DNA of 64,000 nt from Protoeuglena noctilucae (Eukaryota), in the NCBI GenBank assembly GCA_958009085.1, contig OY253668.1, positions 1,550,001 to 1,614,000 of the forward strand, in the 5' to 3' direction. A program made the position numbers and the translations under genes. Shown piece by piece: positions 23,301 through 34,700 of the stretch (within the stretch, counting starts at the first letter, position 1; each line of letters starts with the position of its first letter). Under the pieces are notes generated by a model. That model had not been told where the DNA came from and ran no database searches. It worked only from the letters and a program-made list of their open reading frames with translations.

Positions 23301-25386
23301 GCGGAGGCTTTGGAGGCGGCAGTGGGCAAGGCCACCAAGGTCGAAGCAGCGGAGGGCGCGGGCGCGCGTGTGGGGGCTGAGGGCGGGCGTGAGGGGTGGG
23401 AGGAGGTGCGGGCGATGGCGGCGCGAATGGCGGAGCGTCAGGGGGGGTCGGGTGAGGGGGGCGATGCAGGGGGCCGCGTGGCAGAGGGTCTGGCGGCACT
23501 GAGGCAGAAGATGGAGGAGCTGTTGAGAGAGGAGGGGCGGGCGGGGAGGGACGCCCGTCGGATGGAGCTGGCGCTGGTGGCTTGCGAGGCGGAGCGGGAC
23601 ACCCTGCGGGCGGCGGTGCGGGAGGCGGAGGCGGCGGCAGCGGCAGCGACAGCGGCGGCGGAGGGGGCGCGCGGGGAGCTGGCGGTGGCGAGGCACGAAT
23701 CGAAGGAGGCGGCGCGGGCGCAGCAGGAGCTGGGACAGGCGAGAGGACGGTAGATTCGAGCCTAGCATGCATGCATGTCGCATCACGTTGTGTGCCTGAG
23801 ACAGACACCTGCCCGGCCGCCCCCGCAGCGCATCGCCACGTGGCACTCCCCGGAGGGCTGCGAGGCGCGGATGGAAGAGGCGAAGGCCGCGACGGCAGTG
23901 GCTCGCCAGGCGGCGGCGCGAGCAGAGGCGGGGCGCGTGGCAGCGGAGGACCGGGCCCGGCAGGCGGTGAAGGAGGTGAGGGCGCCGGGAGAGCGGGCAT
24001 CTGTGGTCAAAATGTAGCTTGCAACTCTGTCGTCGTCACGCGAGATCGCACTGGCCCCTGCAGACGCTGGCAGCGGAGGCGGCGGCGGCGGCGGCTGCGG
24101 TGGAGCTTCGGAGGGCCAGGGCCGAGGTCTCGAGGCTGGAAGGCGCAGTGGCGGACCTGGAGTCGGAATTGGCGTCCGTCAAAGCCCGGGCGGCGGCGGC
24201 GGTGGACCGGGGGACGGCCGCAGGTGTGGCCGATGGGGTGGAGCGCGTCGACGTGCCCAGCGTCGTGCACGCGTGGAGAGCGGCTGTGGCGGAGGCAGAG
24301 GGGGGAAGGGAGGAGGCGCGTGCGGAGGCGGAGAGGTGGCGCGCCGTTGCAGAGGAGCGTGGCAGCGTGGCAGCCCTTGCCAAGGACGCCGAAGGGAAGC
24401 AGGCAAGCAGTACCCTCGCCATGCTGTGCTGCCCACCCGCTGCCATCGCTCACACTTGCCGCCGCTCTCGGCCGATGCGCGATGCCGCCTGCCTGCCTTG
24501 CACCCAGATGCGGCAGCTGGAGGAGCTTAGGGACCGGTGCCGCCGAGCAGAGGACGCCAGGAGCGCGCTTGAGGCGGAGCTGCGCGGGGCGCTGGCGAAA
24601 GCGGCGGAGGCAGAGGCGGCGCGGGCGGCGCTGGAGCAGCGGGTGGCGGAGGCGGAGCGGGCGGGCGCGGGGTCGGCGGAGCTCCGCGCCGAGCTCGAGT
24701 CTGCGAGGCAGGAGACGGCGTCGTTGCGGGTGCGGGTGGCCGACAAGGCCCAGCGCCTGGAGACGGCGCTGGAGGAGGTGGCCGCGCGGCAGCGGCGCGT
24801 GGCGCGGCTGACGGACGACCTGACGGCTGCGCGGGAGCGGGAGCGGCGGCTGGCGGGGCAGGCGGAGAAGCGGGGCAAGGAGGTAGCCGAGCTGACGACC
24901 CTGGTGAGGGGCGCTGGGATCGAAGGGACAGGAATCTCTGTTTCTGACTCGGCTGCCCCGCCGCTGCTGCTTGTTTGCTCACGTATATTTGTCGTCCACC
25001 GCCTGAGCGATGTTGTTTCTGTTCTCCCGCAGCTGTCGGCGTGGGAGCGTATGCGAAGGTCCAAGGACCACCACTTGGACAGCTTGATCCAGAGGCAGGC
25101 GGGCGGTGGCGTGGCTGCCCTGTCGGAGCCTGGGGAGGCCCGGGGGCAGGTAGAAGGGTCGAGCGCGGTGGCGGCGAAGCGGCCTCCACGTGCGTTCATG
25201 GCTCTGGGGACAGAGGGGCCAGGCGTGGGCAAGGAGAACCTGGGAGAGGCGAGGGGGTCTGGGGATGCAGGGAAAGAGCCCAGGGCGTCGTTGATGGGGC
25301 TGAGGAGTCCCCTTGCCCCTAGGGACGGCAATGCGAACGCCGCACAGGGCGGCCTGAGTCAGGCGTGCGAGGGGGGGCAGTCGTGA
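14397..25386 (+). CDS. Giant multi-exon Ala/Glu/Arg-rich coiled-coil protein of unknown function (centrosomal or cytoskeletal scaffold-like)
   Basis: About 11 kb of successive + strand exons with heptad-like AEARAR/LEEA composition, joined by frame-consistent GT-AG and GC-AG introns. Final exon LSAWERMRRSKD...GKENL...RSPLAPRDGN. The span could hide two genes. Confidence 0.75.
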
Positions 25387-25660
25387 TCTCACCCACCGCG
25401 CGATCGTGTGGCTAGCAGTTAATCACTAGCAGATGACTAGCAGATGGCATGGAGTGTCTGCGGGATCCTGGCATGTCTCGCTTAGTCGTTAGACGCCACA
25501 TCGACCGTGACCGTTTGAAAAGCTTCAGCCTCTGCCCGAGGGCGCTAAGCACTGTCAAGGCGCCAGGCACCCAAGGCAGCACCCGTCTGCAGCGCGTCTA
25601 CTAAAAGCAGAGACCCGGCAGCGGTGGGACCGGAAAGCAGCAAACATCAGGCTGCGCCGG

Positions 25661-28411
25661 TCACTTGCGGCCCGCAGCCTCGGCCTGGCTGAGGACCCAC
25701 CGCGCGAGGGTGCGCACGCCCCACCCCGTGGCGCCGCCCGCGCCCTCGTCCCACACCGGGCCCGCCATGTCGATGTGCGCCCACTCGACCTTGTCAGTCG
25801 ACACAAACTCCTTCAGGAAGAGCGCCGCCGTGATGGACCCACCCCAGCGGGACCCGGTGTTCTTCATGTCGGCGACGTGGGACTTGAGCGTGTCGGCATA
25901 CGACTCCTCCAAAGGCAGCCGCCAAATCTTCTCGCCAGCCGCCCGGGCCGCGCTGGTGAGGTCGTGGGCAATGTCGTCACGGTACGTGAACATCCCCGCG
26001 ATGCCGGTACCCAGGCCGACCATGCACGCGCCCGTCAGCGTGGCCACGTCCACGATCGCCTGCACCCCGCACGTCTGCAGTCAAAGAGGCCAGATGCGTT
26101 GCGCTCGAGCACTACGGTCTCATCGTACAGAATGAATGAGACAGAACACAAATGCGGATCCGTCTAGATAACCCCTGGCCTCAGCACTCCAGATTCACGG
26201 AATTCGCCCACAGCGGCCGCCGCCCGGGCCGAGCCCACGCCGCCGCCGCCGCAGCCCCCCCCGAGCGTCGGCCGGCGCGACATCACACGGCCGCGCCGAC
26301 CTCAGCCGCCGCCATCGGCTGGGAAGCGGGACAGCAGACGGGCAGGCCCGGACCAGGCGCGCGCATTAACCCCACCCGGGGAGCGAGGGGCGGGCACCCA
26401 AGCGACCCCCGCACAGCCCAGCCCTTGGACAGATCGGGAAGCTTACTCCCGAGGGCGTCGGGCGGGAAGCTGTCACTCGGGCGCCCGCATCCCCGCCGCG
26501 CATGACGGCCCGGGCGTCGCGTCAGTTGTCATCACAGGCCACAACTGCGACCACCGCCACCCCTGCGCCACCCTCCAGCTACACCAGCGCAGTGTCTTGC
26601 CTTCTCGGCGTAGTAGAGGGCATCCGCCAGTGTGAGGCGCCCCTCGGCGTCGGTGTTGTTGATTTCGATGGACTTGCCATTGGAAGCGACCAGGACGTCC
26701 CCGGGCCGCATGCCCTTGCCGTCAATCATGTTCTCGCAGGAAGCCACGATCACGTGCACCTCCACGTTCGCCGGCTGCGGGAAGAGACGCGGCCATGCTT
26801 GGCGTATGGTATGGTTGCCTCGCGACGAACCGAGGTCGCATGCGACGACGCCCGTCGTCTCACACGCCCCACGTTCCCGCGGCCGGGCCCATCCGCCCTC
26901 CGTGCACCTCTCTTGTGTGTAATACTGCATAGCGCAGTTTCAATCAGCCGTCGCCGCGTGGGCCACTCGCCTTGAGCTCCGAGATGATCTTGGCGGCGCC
27001 AAACACGGCCCCGGCCCCGCCCATGTCGAACTTCATCATCTCAATCATGGACCCGGCGACCTTGAGGTTGTACCCGCCAGAGTCGAAGGTGAGGCCCTTG
27101 CCGATGAGCGCGATGCGCTTCTTCACCTCCCCCTGGGGCTTGTACGTCAGGTGGATGAACTTCGGGGGCTCCTCCGAGCACGCCGCCACGCCCAGGTAAG
27201 AACCCATGTTGAGCTTCTGGCTGCGTGGATGTGAAACTGTTCCGGAGCTCAATGACGGCGAGAAGAGTGCGAGGGCGGAGCAGCGCCTCAGGTGGCAAGG
27301 GCAGGCGGTGCGCTCCTCATCACTACCACGCATGTGGCGCCGCCTCACCAGTCCTCCTTCTCGAGGACCTTGAGGGTGACGCAGCCCCCGGACTGGTCGG
27401 CGATCATCTTGGCCGCCTCCGCCAGGTGCGTGGGCGTGCACACGTTCGGGGGCGCCTCGACCAAGTAGCGCGTCAGGAAGGTTCCCGTGGCGTAGACACC
27501 GGCGCGGTCGATGGCGGCCGCGGCCCCGGCGACGGCGTCCAGCACCGCCACCGTCTCCAGCTTGCTCTCGTTGGGCTTGGACTTGAACCGCGTGGACTCG
27601 TACGCCCCCAGGTGCACCCCGGTGGCCACGCTCTCCGCGGCCGCCTCGGTCATGGGGCCGGAGACGAGCATGACCGCAGCCGTCTGCGAAGTGGAGGGCG
27701 GGCGGAGACGCGTCTCGCCGAAGGCGCGGGTGCAACCAGGGCTGTGTGGATGCGTCGCTTCCACGTGCCGCGGCCTCGCCTTGCACTTGTTGGCCTTCGC
27801 CTGCGTGGCCAGAGCAGCGCCGAGGTTGTAGTAGGCGTTCGGGCCGCCCTGCGCGCCGGGCGGGTCGGCAGCCTTGGCACGGTCGCCCAGGCCCACGACG
27901 GCGAGGAACTTGGCGTCGGCGCCGACGCGCGCGGCGATCGTCGAGCCGGCCTTGCCCGCGAACTCGTTCTCCGCGATCAGCTCGGCGAGCACGCCGTTGA
28001 ACTGCGGGCCGGGGCGGGACGCGGTAGGTCGGACCACGAGCGAGCGATGACCCTCCGCTAACCGCGCGCGAGGCCGCGGCGGGCGCTCGCCTTGGCGTCC
28101 ATGGCCTTGAGCGCGTCGATCTCGTCCTCATGGCAGCCGATGACGAGGAGGTCGCCCTTGAAGGGGCCCGCGGAGGGGGAGACCTTGACCATGCGCGCGG
28201 GGAGGAGCGGGACCTCCTTGGTGTTCATCGAGGGGATGGCGGTCAGCATCTTGACCTCTTTCTCCTTGTCGCTCCCGGCGGCGGCGGCGATGGCGCGGCG
28301 GGGCGCGGGGCAGGACGCGGGGCCCCAACGGATGGGTCGCGTAGCAAGGTGCGCAACCGTCCGGCAGCGCCCGAAGGATGGAAGACGCAGGGCCCTCGCA
28401 AGAAGGGACAT
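25661..28411 (-). CDS. LAP: M17 leucyl aminopeptidase with an organellar transit peptide
   Basis: [57 protein letters not shown]. Introns at 28002-28090, 27684-27779, 27221-27348, 26775-26970, 26075-26600. Confidence 0.96.
26176..26541 (-). ncRNA. Long (~366 nt) intronic box C/D sno/scaRNA candidate; putative guide for tRNA-Trp Cm34
   Basis: Minus strand reads TGGCC-T-GTGATGA (box C, 26535-26529) ... CTGA (box D, 26184-26181)-GGCCA, giving a 5-bp terminal stem in canonical K-turn register. It lies inside a 526-nt intron, ~100 nt from the 3' splice site. The interior is rich in GC hairpins. Confidence 0.7.
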
Positions 28412-28740
28412 GTGTTCTGTGGCCGCCTGCGGTGCGAACACGCGGATGGGCGGCGATCGTGAGCCGGGGCAGGCGCGGGTGAGCTGATATGTTGGGCCCC
28501 GAGATCCCGCGTCCGGCGTCACACCTGGAGGCTCCCGTCTCGCCCTTCTCGCGTGCAGCTCGGAACTGGCGTGGAGCTGTGGTGGGGCCGAGCAAAGGTG
28601 GGAGTGGGTCAGGTTGTATCTATTTCTTGCGGGTAGGGTGTTCGTTTTGATCCGTTTGACGAGAGCAGCTGGCTTACATGCAATCAAATTTCGTGTGCCT
28701 TGTAGCGTCCCGACCTTTGAAGTTCGTTTTGGGGGGTGCG

Positions 28741-30629
28741 ATGGGTGTGGGGACCATTTCTTTGGGGGCCGGCCCTCTCCCATCAACAAGCAGTCGTCTT
28801 TGGGCGCGTTATGCGCATCATGGTGCGTGCGTCACGCCCGCCGCGGACAATGTGGATTTCCGCAGCGTGTGCGCGCCCGTGACCAACGAGTCATTGCGGG
28901 CCCCGATTCCTGCCCAGACATACTAGATTTCGCAAAGCCAGTGCCAAAATCTCGATCTTTTCAGCACGTACCATTCGCCCCCGCAGTCTGGGCGCGCCAG
29001 GCCTTGCGGGCGCGCCACAAAGTGCTGGCGCATGGGGGCCAAGCACGCGGCGGTCAAGCGCGCGTGCGCGCGGCAGCGGCAGAGGGCTCCACCTCGCGCT
29101 CCCGAGGGACCGCAACTATTGTCGAGGACGAGACCCGTCCGCGGGATTCGGCGGTTGCTGGGGAGGAGGCTTCGACTCTGCCTAGCACGAATGGCCGCCT
29201 GGCCGGCATCGTCCTCCCAAGACTCGCATCCGCGGGGCTGCTGGTTACGCCGTTCTTCTTCTGGGGCACCTCGATGGTGGGACTCAAGTTTCTGGCCCCC
29301 CACACCTCGCCTCTGTTCGTCGCGGCGTGTCGTCTCATCCCTGCCGGGGCGCTGGTGCTCGCCTGGGCGCGCTCCCAGGGTCGCCCTCACCCCACCGGCC
29401 CCGCGGCGTGGCTGGCGGTGGTGGCCTTTGCCGCGGTGGACGCCACGATGTTTCAGGGGTGCTTGGTCGAGGGCCTGAAGACCACGAGCGCGGGCCTGGG
29501 CAGCGTGATCATCGACAGTCAGCCGCTCTCGGTGGCGATCCTGTCGGCGGTCTTCGCCGGCGAGGCCATCACGGCCACCACCTCCGCGGGTATCGCTGTC
29601 GGGCTTGCCGGGCTCCTGCTCCTCAATTTCACGGACATGCCGCAGCTGCCACAGGTGACGAGGGCAGCTGCAGGCGCAGGCTGTGGCATGACGTGGTCTC
29701 TCTGGGTATCCGAGTCTCAGAGCCGGCCTGGTGCTCCTGTGCCAGCAGATGCGCCCCGATGTCCCGCCGCCGCCTCGGCTGCAACAAGCGGGCATCTCGC
29801 GGGATGGCGATGCGATTCCACAGGTTCTCGTGGCGCCGGCCTTGGCTGTGGAGTCGACGGAGAGGATAGAGCGGGCGGCAACGGGCCTAACTGCCTCCGC
29901 GTCGTCTTCCTCCGTGTGGGGTCAGGAGGCCGTCGCCTTGCTCAGCCGTGCCAAAAGCGTTGCTGGCGGTCTGGCGAGCAGCGGGGAGTTCTGGATGCTG
30001 CTGAGCGCGCAGTGCATGGCCGTGGGCACCGTCATGCTCCCGTGGGTGGCGAGGTGTGCGGCGAAGCTAGTGGGATGCCAGTGCGCCTGCGTGTCACTGA
30101 TGCAATGCGCCGCTGCTCAGACCAGTCAACCCCCAGCATCTTCGCTGTTGGGCTGCAGATACGTGGACCCAGTGATCGCCACGGGCTGGCACATGGTCCT
30201 GGGAGGGATACCCCTGCTGGCGGCATCAGCCTTGCGGGAGGGCGATGCAGTGTTGGCCAACCTGGCCCAGCTGACACCCCTGGACGCGGCTGTACTCGCG
30301 TATGTGTCTATTTTTGGAGGCGCTGTCGGCTACGGCGTCTACTTTTACAACGCCTCCAAGGGCAACTTGACGGCCCTGGTGAGTGGCAGTGGTCGCGAAT
30401 GACCATGTGCCGGCCCTCGCTTGCCTGCGCTGGTGTGATCTGACGTCGTCTTGCGAGACCCTGCCTTTGTCTTGTGCTGCAGTCGTCGCTGACGTTTCTG
30501 ACGCCCGTCTTTGCGGCCACGTCGGGCTACCTGGTCCTGGGGGAGAGCCTCGCGCCGGTGCAGCTGCTGGGGGCAGGTGTGACGCTCGGGGCGGTCCTGC
30601 TGATCAACAGGCGGCCAGCGTCGGACTAG
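28741..30629 (+). CDS. EamA/DMT (WAT1-related, cyanobacterial-like) transporter, probably plastid
   Basis: PFFFWGTSMV...FVAACRLIPAGAL...FQGCLVEGL...AGLGSVIIDSQPL; second repeat DPVIATGWHMVLGG...GYGVYFYNASKGNLTAL|SSLTFLTPVFA. Start codon uncertain because an upstream exon is needed. Confidence 0.88.
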
Positions 30630-31701
30630 TCATAATACTAGCAGCGTCGTGCACTTCCCACTTGACATGCATGCTCTGCCCATCCTTGCGCATGGGACGT
30701 CCATGTTGTCCCGTCGCAGCAGCTTCAAGTGCGCAGACTTGCTGGGAATGGCAAAGGGTAGCAAGGCATAACATTCGCAAACGCGAGGCCCGTGTCTCTG
30801 TGTGCCATGTTGAGACGGGGCGGGGAGAAACGGCAGAGTCCCGTGAGCCACACACGTGGCGGGGTAGTTGAACTAGCGAGGGCTCACGTGCGCCCAGCGT
30901 AAGTATTGGTCCTACCACAAGCGTCATGGAGTGCTTGCGGCAGGCAACCCGCACCGACTGGCGCAGCGTAACGGGGAAGGGTCCCCGGCGATTCGAAAGG
31001 GGAACGGTTCTAGCTCGGGCGCTCCTCACATGTGCTATGCGGAAGCGCCTGCGGGGCAGGTGGAGAAGCAACGCCCGCCCTTGGCGTGACTGGGCCGACC
31101 ACCCGCGTGCTATTGTCAACTGTCCTTGAGAGCGGGGCAGCGAACATGTCCAGTGCATGGCGAGTGCCAGCGGGAGCGGGGACCGTACATGTGCGGTGAC
31201 CTCGCTCCCCCAGGTCTGGCATCGCCAAGGGTCCGTGCTATCCTGGGCGGGCTGTGGTGGTCGGGGCCCAATCGGCCAAGAAACGGGGCCGGGACTGGAA
31301 AACGTCCCGCTAAAGGCAGCTAGGGGTCCGTTTGGGGAAACGAGCCTGTGTGGCCAGCCGAGCTGGCTGCCTAAGACGCCTCGGGGTGCTCCAGAGGGCG
31401 TCGAAAGATCAGATCAGAGGTCCGGATGTTGGAGGTAGGAAGGGCTTAGGAAGGCTAAGGCTGGCAGGGACCAGGGGAGTGTCGCTGCTTGGCAGGTGGG
31501 AAGTGGGTGGAGGGCCTGCCAGACACGCAAGGAGGCAAAGTGGGTGCTTGTAGGAAGGGGCAGAGGCATCGAGGCCTGCTGCTGGATGCATGGAAGTGAA
31601 AGGACGGGGAAAGGTGTAGGAGGCACGGGTCCATCGCTGCTGGGTCGGACACGGGCATGCAGTGTGCACGTGCCGGGTCGACCCCATACACCACACGGGC
31701 G

Positions 31702-34700
31702 TCAGCGCCGGAGCTGGCGTTCCCGGAAGCCCATGAGGTCCACGAAGGAGGCCTCCTTGGCGACCGCGTCCATGCGCACGCACGACTCTGCGGGCACGCA
31801 ACAGCGGAGTCGGTGCTCGTTGGGCCTCTCACCCGCGTCAGGGTCTCCTTGCATCCATCTGCACGCTCGCATGTTGCGGGGGCTCACCGGGAATCGGAGC
31901 CCCCATGCCCCGCAGGGACTGGAGGATGGGCCCGAGGGCGTCGTGCTCGGCGCGCGTGTCGGCAAACGCCTCCACGGGCATGCAAGCCAGGGACCGCCCG
32001 AGCATCTGCGCCCGGAGCGCCGTCCCGGGCCCGACGGGGCCGCCGCGGCGGCTCCCCAGGATGAAGCTGACCCCGTCGGGGAGCTCCCGGCCCTTGGGGC
32101 TGTCGCCGTTCTCGCCGGGGGAGTGCGGCCCCTTGCGCTCGGGCCCGCGCTTGGGGGTGCCGGGGCCGTCGTTCGGCGCCATGTCGGGGGCCGAGAGCCG
32201 CGGCAACTCCGGCCTTCGCCGACGCCGCCCCTTCGAGCCCCCGGGCGTGGCCTCGGGCCGACCCTGGCTGCCCAGCGAGTCGTGCCGCACCGCGCGGAAG
32301 GCCGGGAGGTGCTCCAGGGGCAAGGGCGCCTCCTGAAGGGCCATCCTGCGCGCGGGCGACGGGATGGGGCGCGGTCATGGGCACGGGAGGCGCAGAGCTG
32401 AGGCGGAAGTGCTGGGTCGGTATCGCAGTGCTCGAGACGTGGACTGTTTGCTCACCTGCCGTCCTCGACGACCATGCTGAGCCAGAAGGAGTAGTTGCGT
32501 GCCACGGCCTGCCGCAGGTCTCGCATCTCGGGCATGAGGTCGCAGAGGGCCGTGAGGAGCGGCCGGCACACGAACTCGATGTAATCCATCTGTAGGAAAG
32601 AGGAACGCGAGACATGGTCGGAAGGAAGAAACAAGGACCAGCAGGCCAGTGAGAGATTGCATACTCGCAGATGACAGGTGACGCGTGGCGCTTCGCGGCT
32701 CGCCTGCGACTTGGGCACGTAGCACTGCAGGGCGTCCATCAGCGCGGGCGGCGTCATCCCCAGCTCCCTCTGCAATTTTCCTTCGAAGAAGAACTCCTGG
32801 GTGATTAAGCTGCTCCACTTGGCGTGCAGGGTGGGGCACTTGAGGATGCTGCCCAGGTCGGCCAGGTGCACCAGCGCACGCATCAGCACGCTGCGGGGGT
32901 TGCGTTGGGAGGGTTGGACTCAATCGTCGTCCCCGTGGACCCTCGACGGCAGCTGCCAGCTCCGGGTCGGCGTGGCGAGAGGGCAGGGCACGCGACACAC
33001 GTCAGGCAGCACCCGGTCCTCGTCGCTCACCGGACGTCGGGCGTCTCGTACACGTCGCTGCGTGCGCCAACCTCGGAGTCGGACGGCACGCTGGGGAGGC
33101 GGGCGTCGCCCTCTGCCCCCGAGTCGACGCCCTGGGTGCCGTCCTGGCGGCGGGAGTGGGCCTTGAGGCGCAGCTCCTCGAGCTCTCCCACGATGCGGAA
33201 GTGTTGGGACATGTCCGTATCCAGGATGAGCTGCGGGGAGGGTGCCGGGGTCCTTGGAGCAGAGGATTCCATGCGCCGCTCGCCATGCAGCCAGCACCAT
33301 GTGTGTAGCACCAACCAGGGGAGAGGACCGAGCAGGCAGATGCGATTGGCAGTCCCAAGAGATACTATCATTCGTCATTGCGCCCGTTCGCGCCCCTCAC
33401 GTCGATGATGAGCTCCCGGCAGTAGCGGAAGTCCTCGCGGGTGAGCCGCGCGAAGATGTTGGCCTCTGGGGTGCGGTGGCACAGTTGGAACAGAGCCGAG
33501 GCGTGCATGTTCTCCTGAGGCGACTGGTCGTTGTACGTCAGGGCCTGCGGGGGTGGGCATGACGGCGCGCGGTTGAGAGGGGGTGGTGGAGGTGCGTGGT
33601 CACCTAGGCAAGCGCCGCCGCGGGTGCCGCGGCTCACCAGGATGTCGCCCGTGTTGACGAGGTGCGTGTTGGACACTCCGCGGTGCCCCACGTCGTGGGC
33701 GATGCTGGCGACGAGCATGCAGAACATGTCGCGGCGGGAGAGGTACTTGCGACGGAAGAAGTGGAGCTTCTTGAGTAGCAGGAAGGTCGTGTGCGTGACG
33801 TCCACGGCGTGCTCCCACCTGCAAAGGGGCGGGCTCCACTGATTGGCTGAGACGTCCATGTCCATGTCACGCCAATTGTAGTGGCGTCAGTCGCAGCGCC
33901 GCGCGTTTCCTGCTCTGTTTCTAACCTTCCCTCGCGATGCTCTAAGCCCCCAGTGCGACTCACCGATGGTATGGGTTGTCCAGGTAATTGCTCTGGATCT
34001 CCTGGAGGAATCTGCGCAGGACTGACACATGCACCGGGCCACGCTGGGCCGGGGCCGCGCCTGCTGCCGGAACGGTGCCTGCTGCCGGGGCCGTGCCTGC
34101 TGCCGGGCCATCGCAGTACGACTGGGGCTGCGGAGGAGAGCCAAGGTGACAGGCCATGGTGAGCAAGGTGAGCTGGTTAGCCGGCGCTCCCCCCCCTGGG
34201 TAGCGTGTCTTGCATCGTGCACACCCCGGCGTCTCTTCCTTACGTCTCTGCTCACCATGAGGAGGTCCTGGAAGGAAGACACGTCCTGATCGTCAGACAC
34301 ATCCTCAACTGACTCGTCCAGGAGACTGCAAGCGACAGCGTGGGTGCATGTTTCAGCTAGCTGCAGCTTAGAGAGGGAGCCACGGCACGGCAGGCGTCAC
34401 TCGCACGATGCGGCCACGAGCTGCGGCCAGCGCTCACCCGGCGACGCGGAACATGTGGACGACGCACTCGGACAGGTGCTCCTTGGGCACCGACAGAGCG
34501 TCCCACGCGAGGGTGCCAAAGTCCTGAAGGGCCTCCCGCTCCTGTTCGCTCTCTAGCGGGAGCTGGGGCGGGGACACTGCGCGCGAGGCAGCAAGGCAAT
34601 CGTCAACTCAACCAAACTGGTCGGGTCAACGCCGCACGTTGCGTCAGCGGTGCATGTGCCCCCGCAGACGTGCCCCACGTCGTCTCCAGGCTGAATGCGT

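Noticed and set aside
17619..24000. Long minus-strand ORFs (e.g. 17619-19316, 19640-21349, 21162-22595)
   Set aside because: Antisense shadows of the GC-rich coiled-coil exons; stop codons are rare at this GC content.
26185..26205. Alternative targets for the long RNA's guide: human U1 CACUCCGGAU, and GAATTCCGTGAATC resembling 5.8S rRNA
   Set aside because: The U1 pairing puts D+5 off the known A70 site, and that U1 region is poorly conserved in algae. The 5.8S similarity is sense, not antisense, and only 14 nt.
26176..26541. Telomerase RNA, RNase MRP/P or U3 as the identity of the long intronic RNA
   Set aside because: No C-rich telomeric template on the transcribed strand, no CR-I/CR-V P4 pair, and no U3 box A/A' domain.
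27285..27326. GTGATGA...CTGA in LAP intron 27221-27348
   Set aside because: The boxes are only ~25 nt apart and there is no terminal stem; too small for a snoRNA.
31430..31470. GGGCTTAGGAAGGCTAAGG as a telomere-like tract
   Set aside because: Not a regular TTAGGG/TTTAGGG array; just a purine-rich 3'UTR region.
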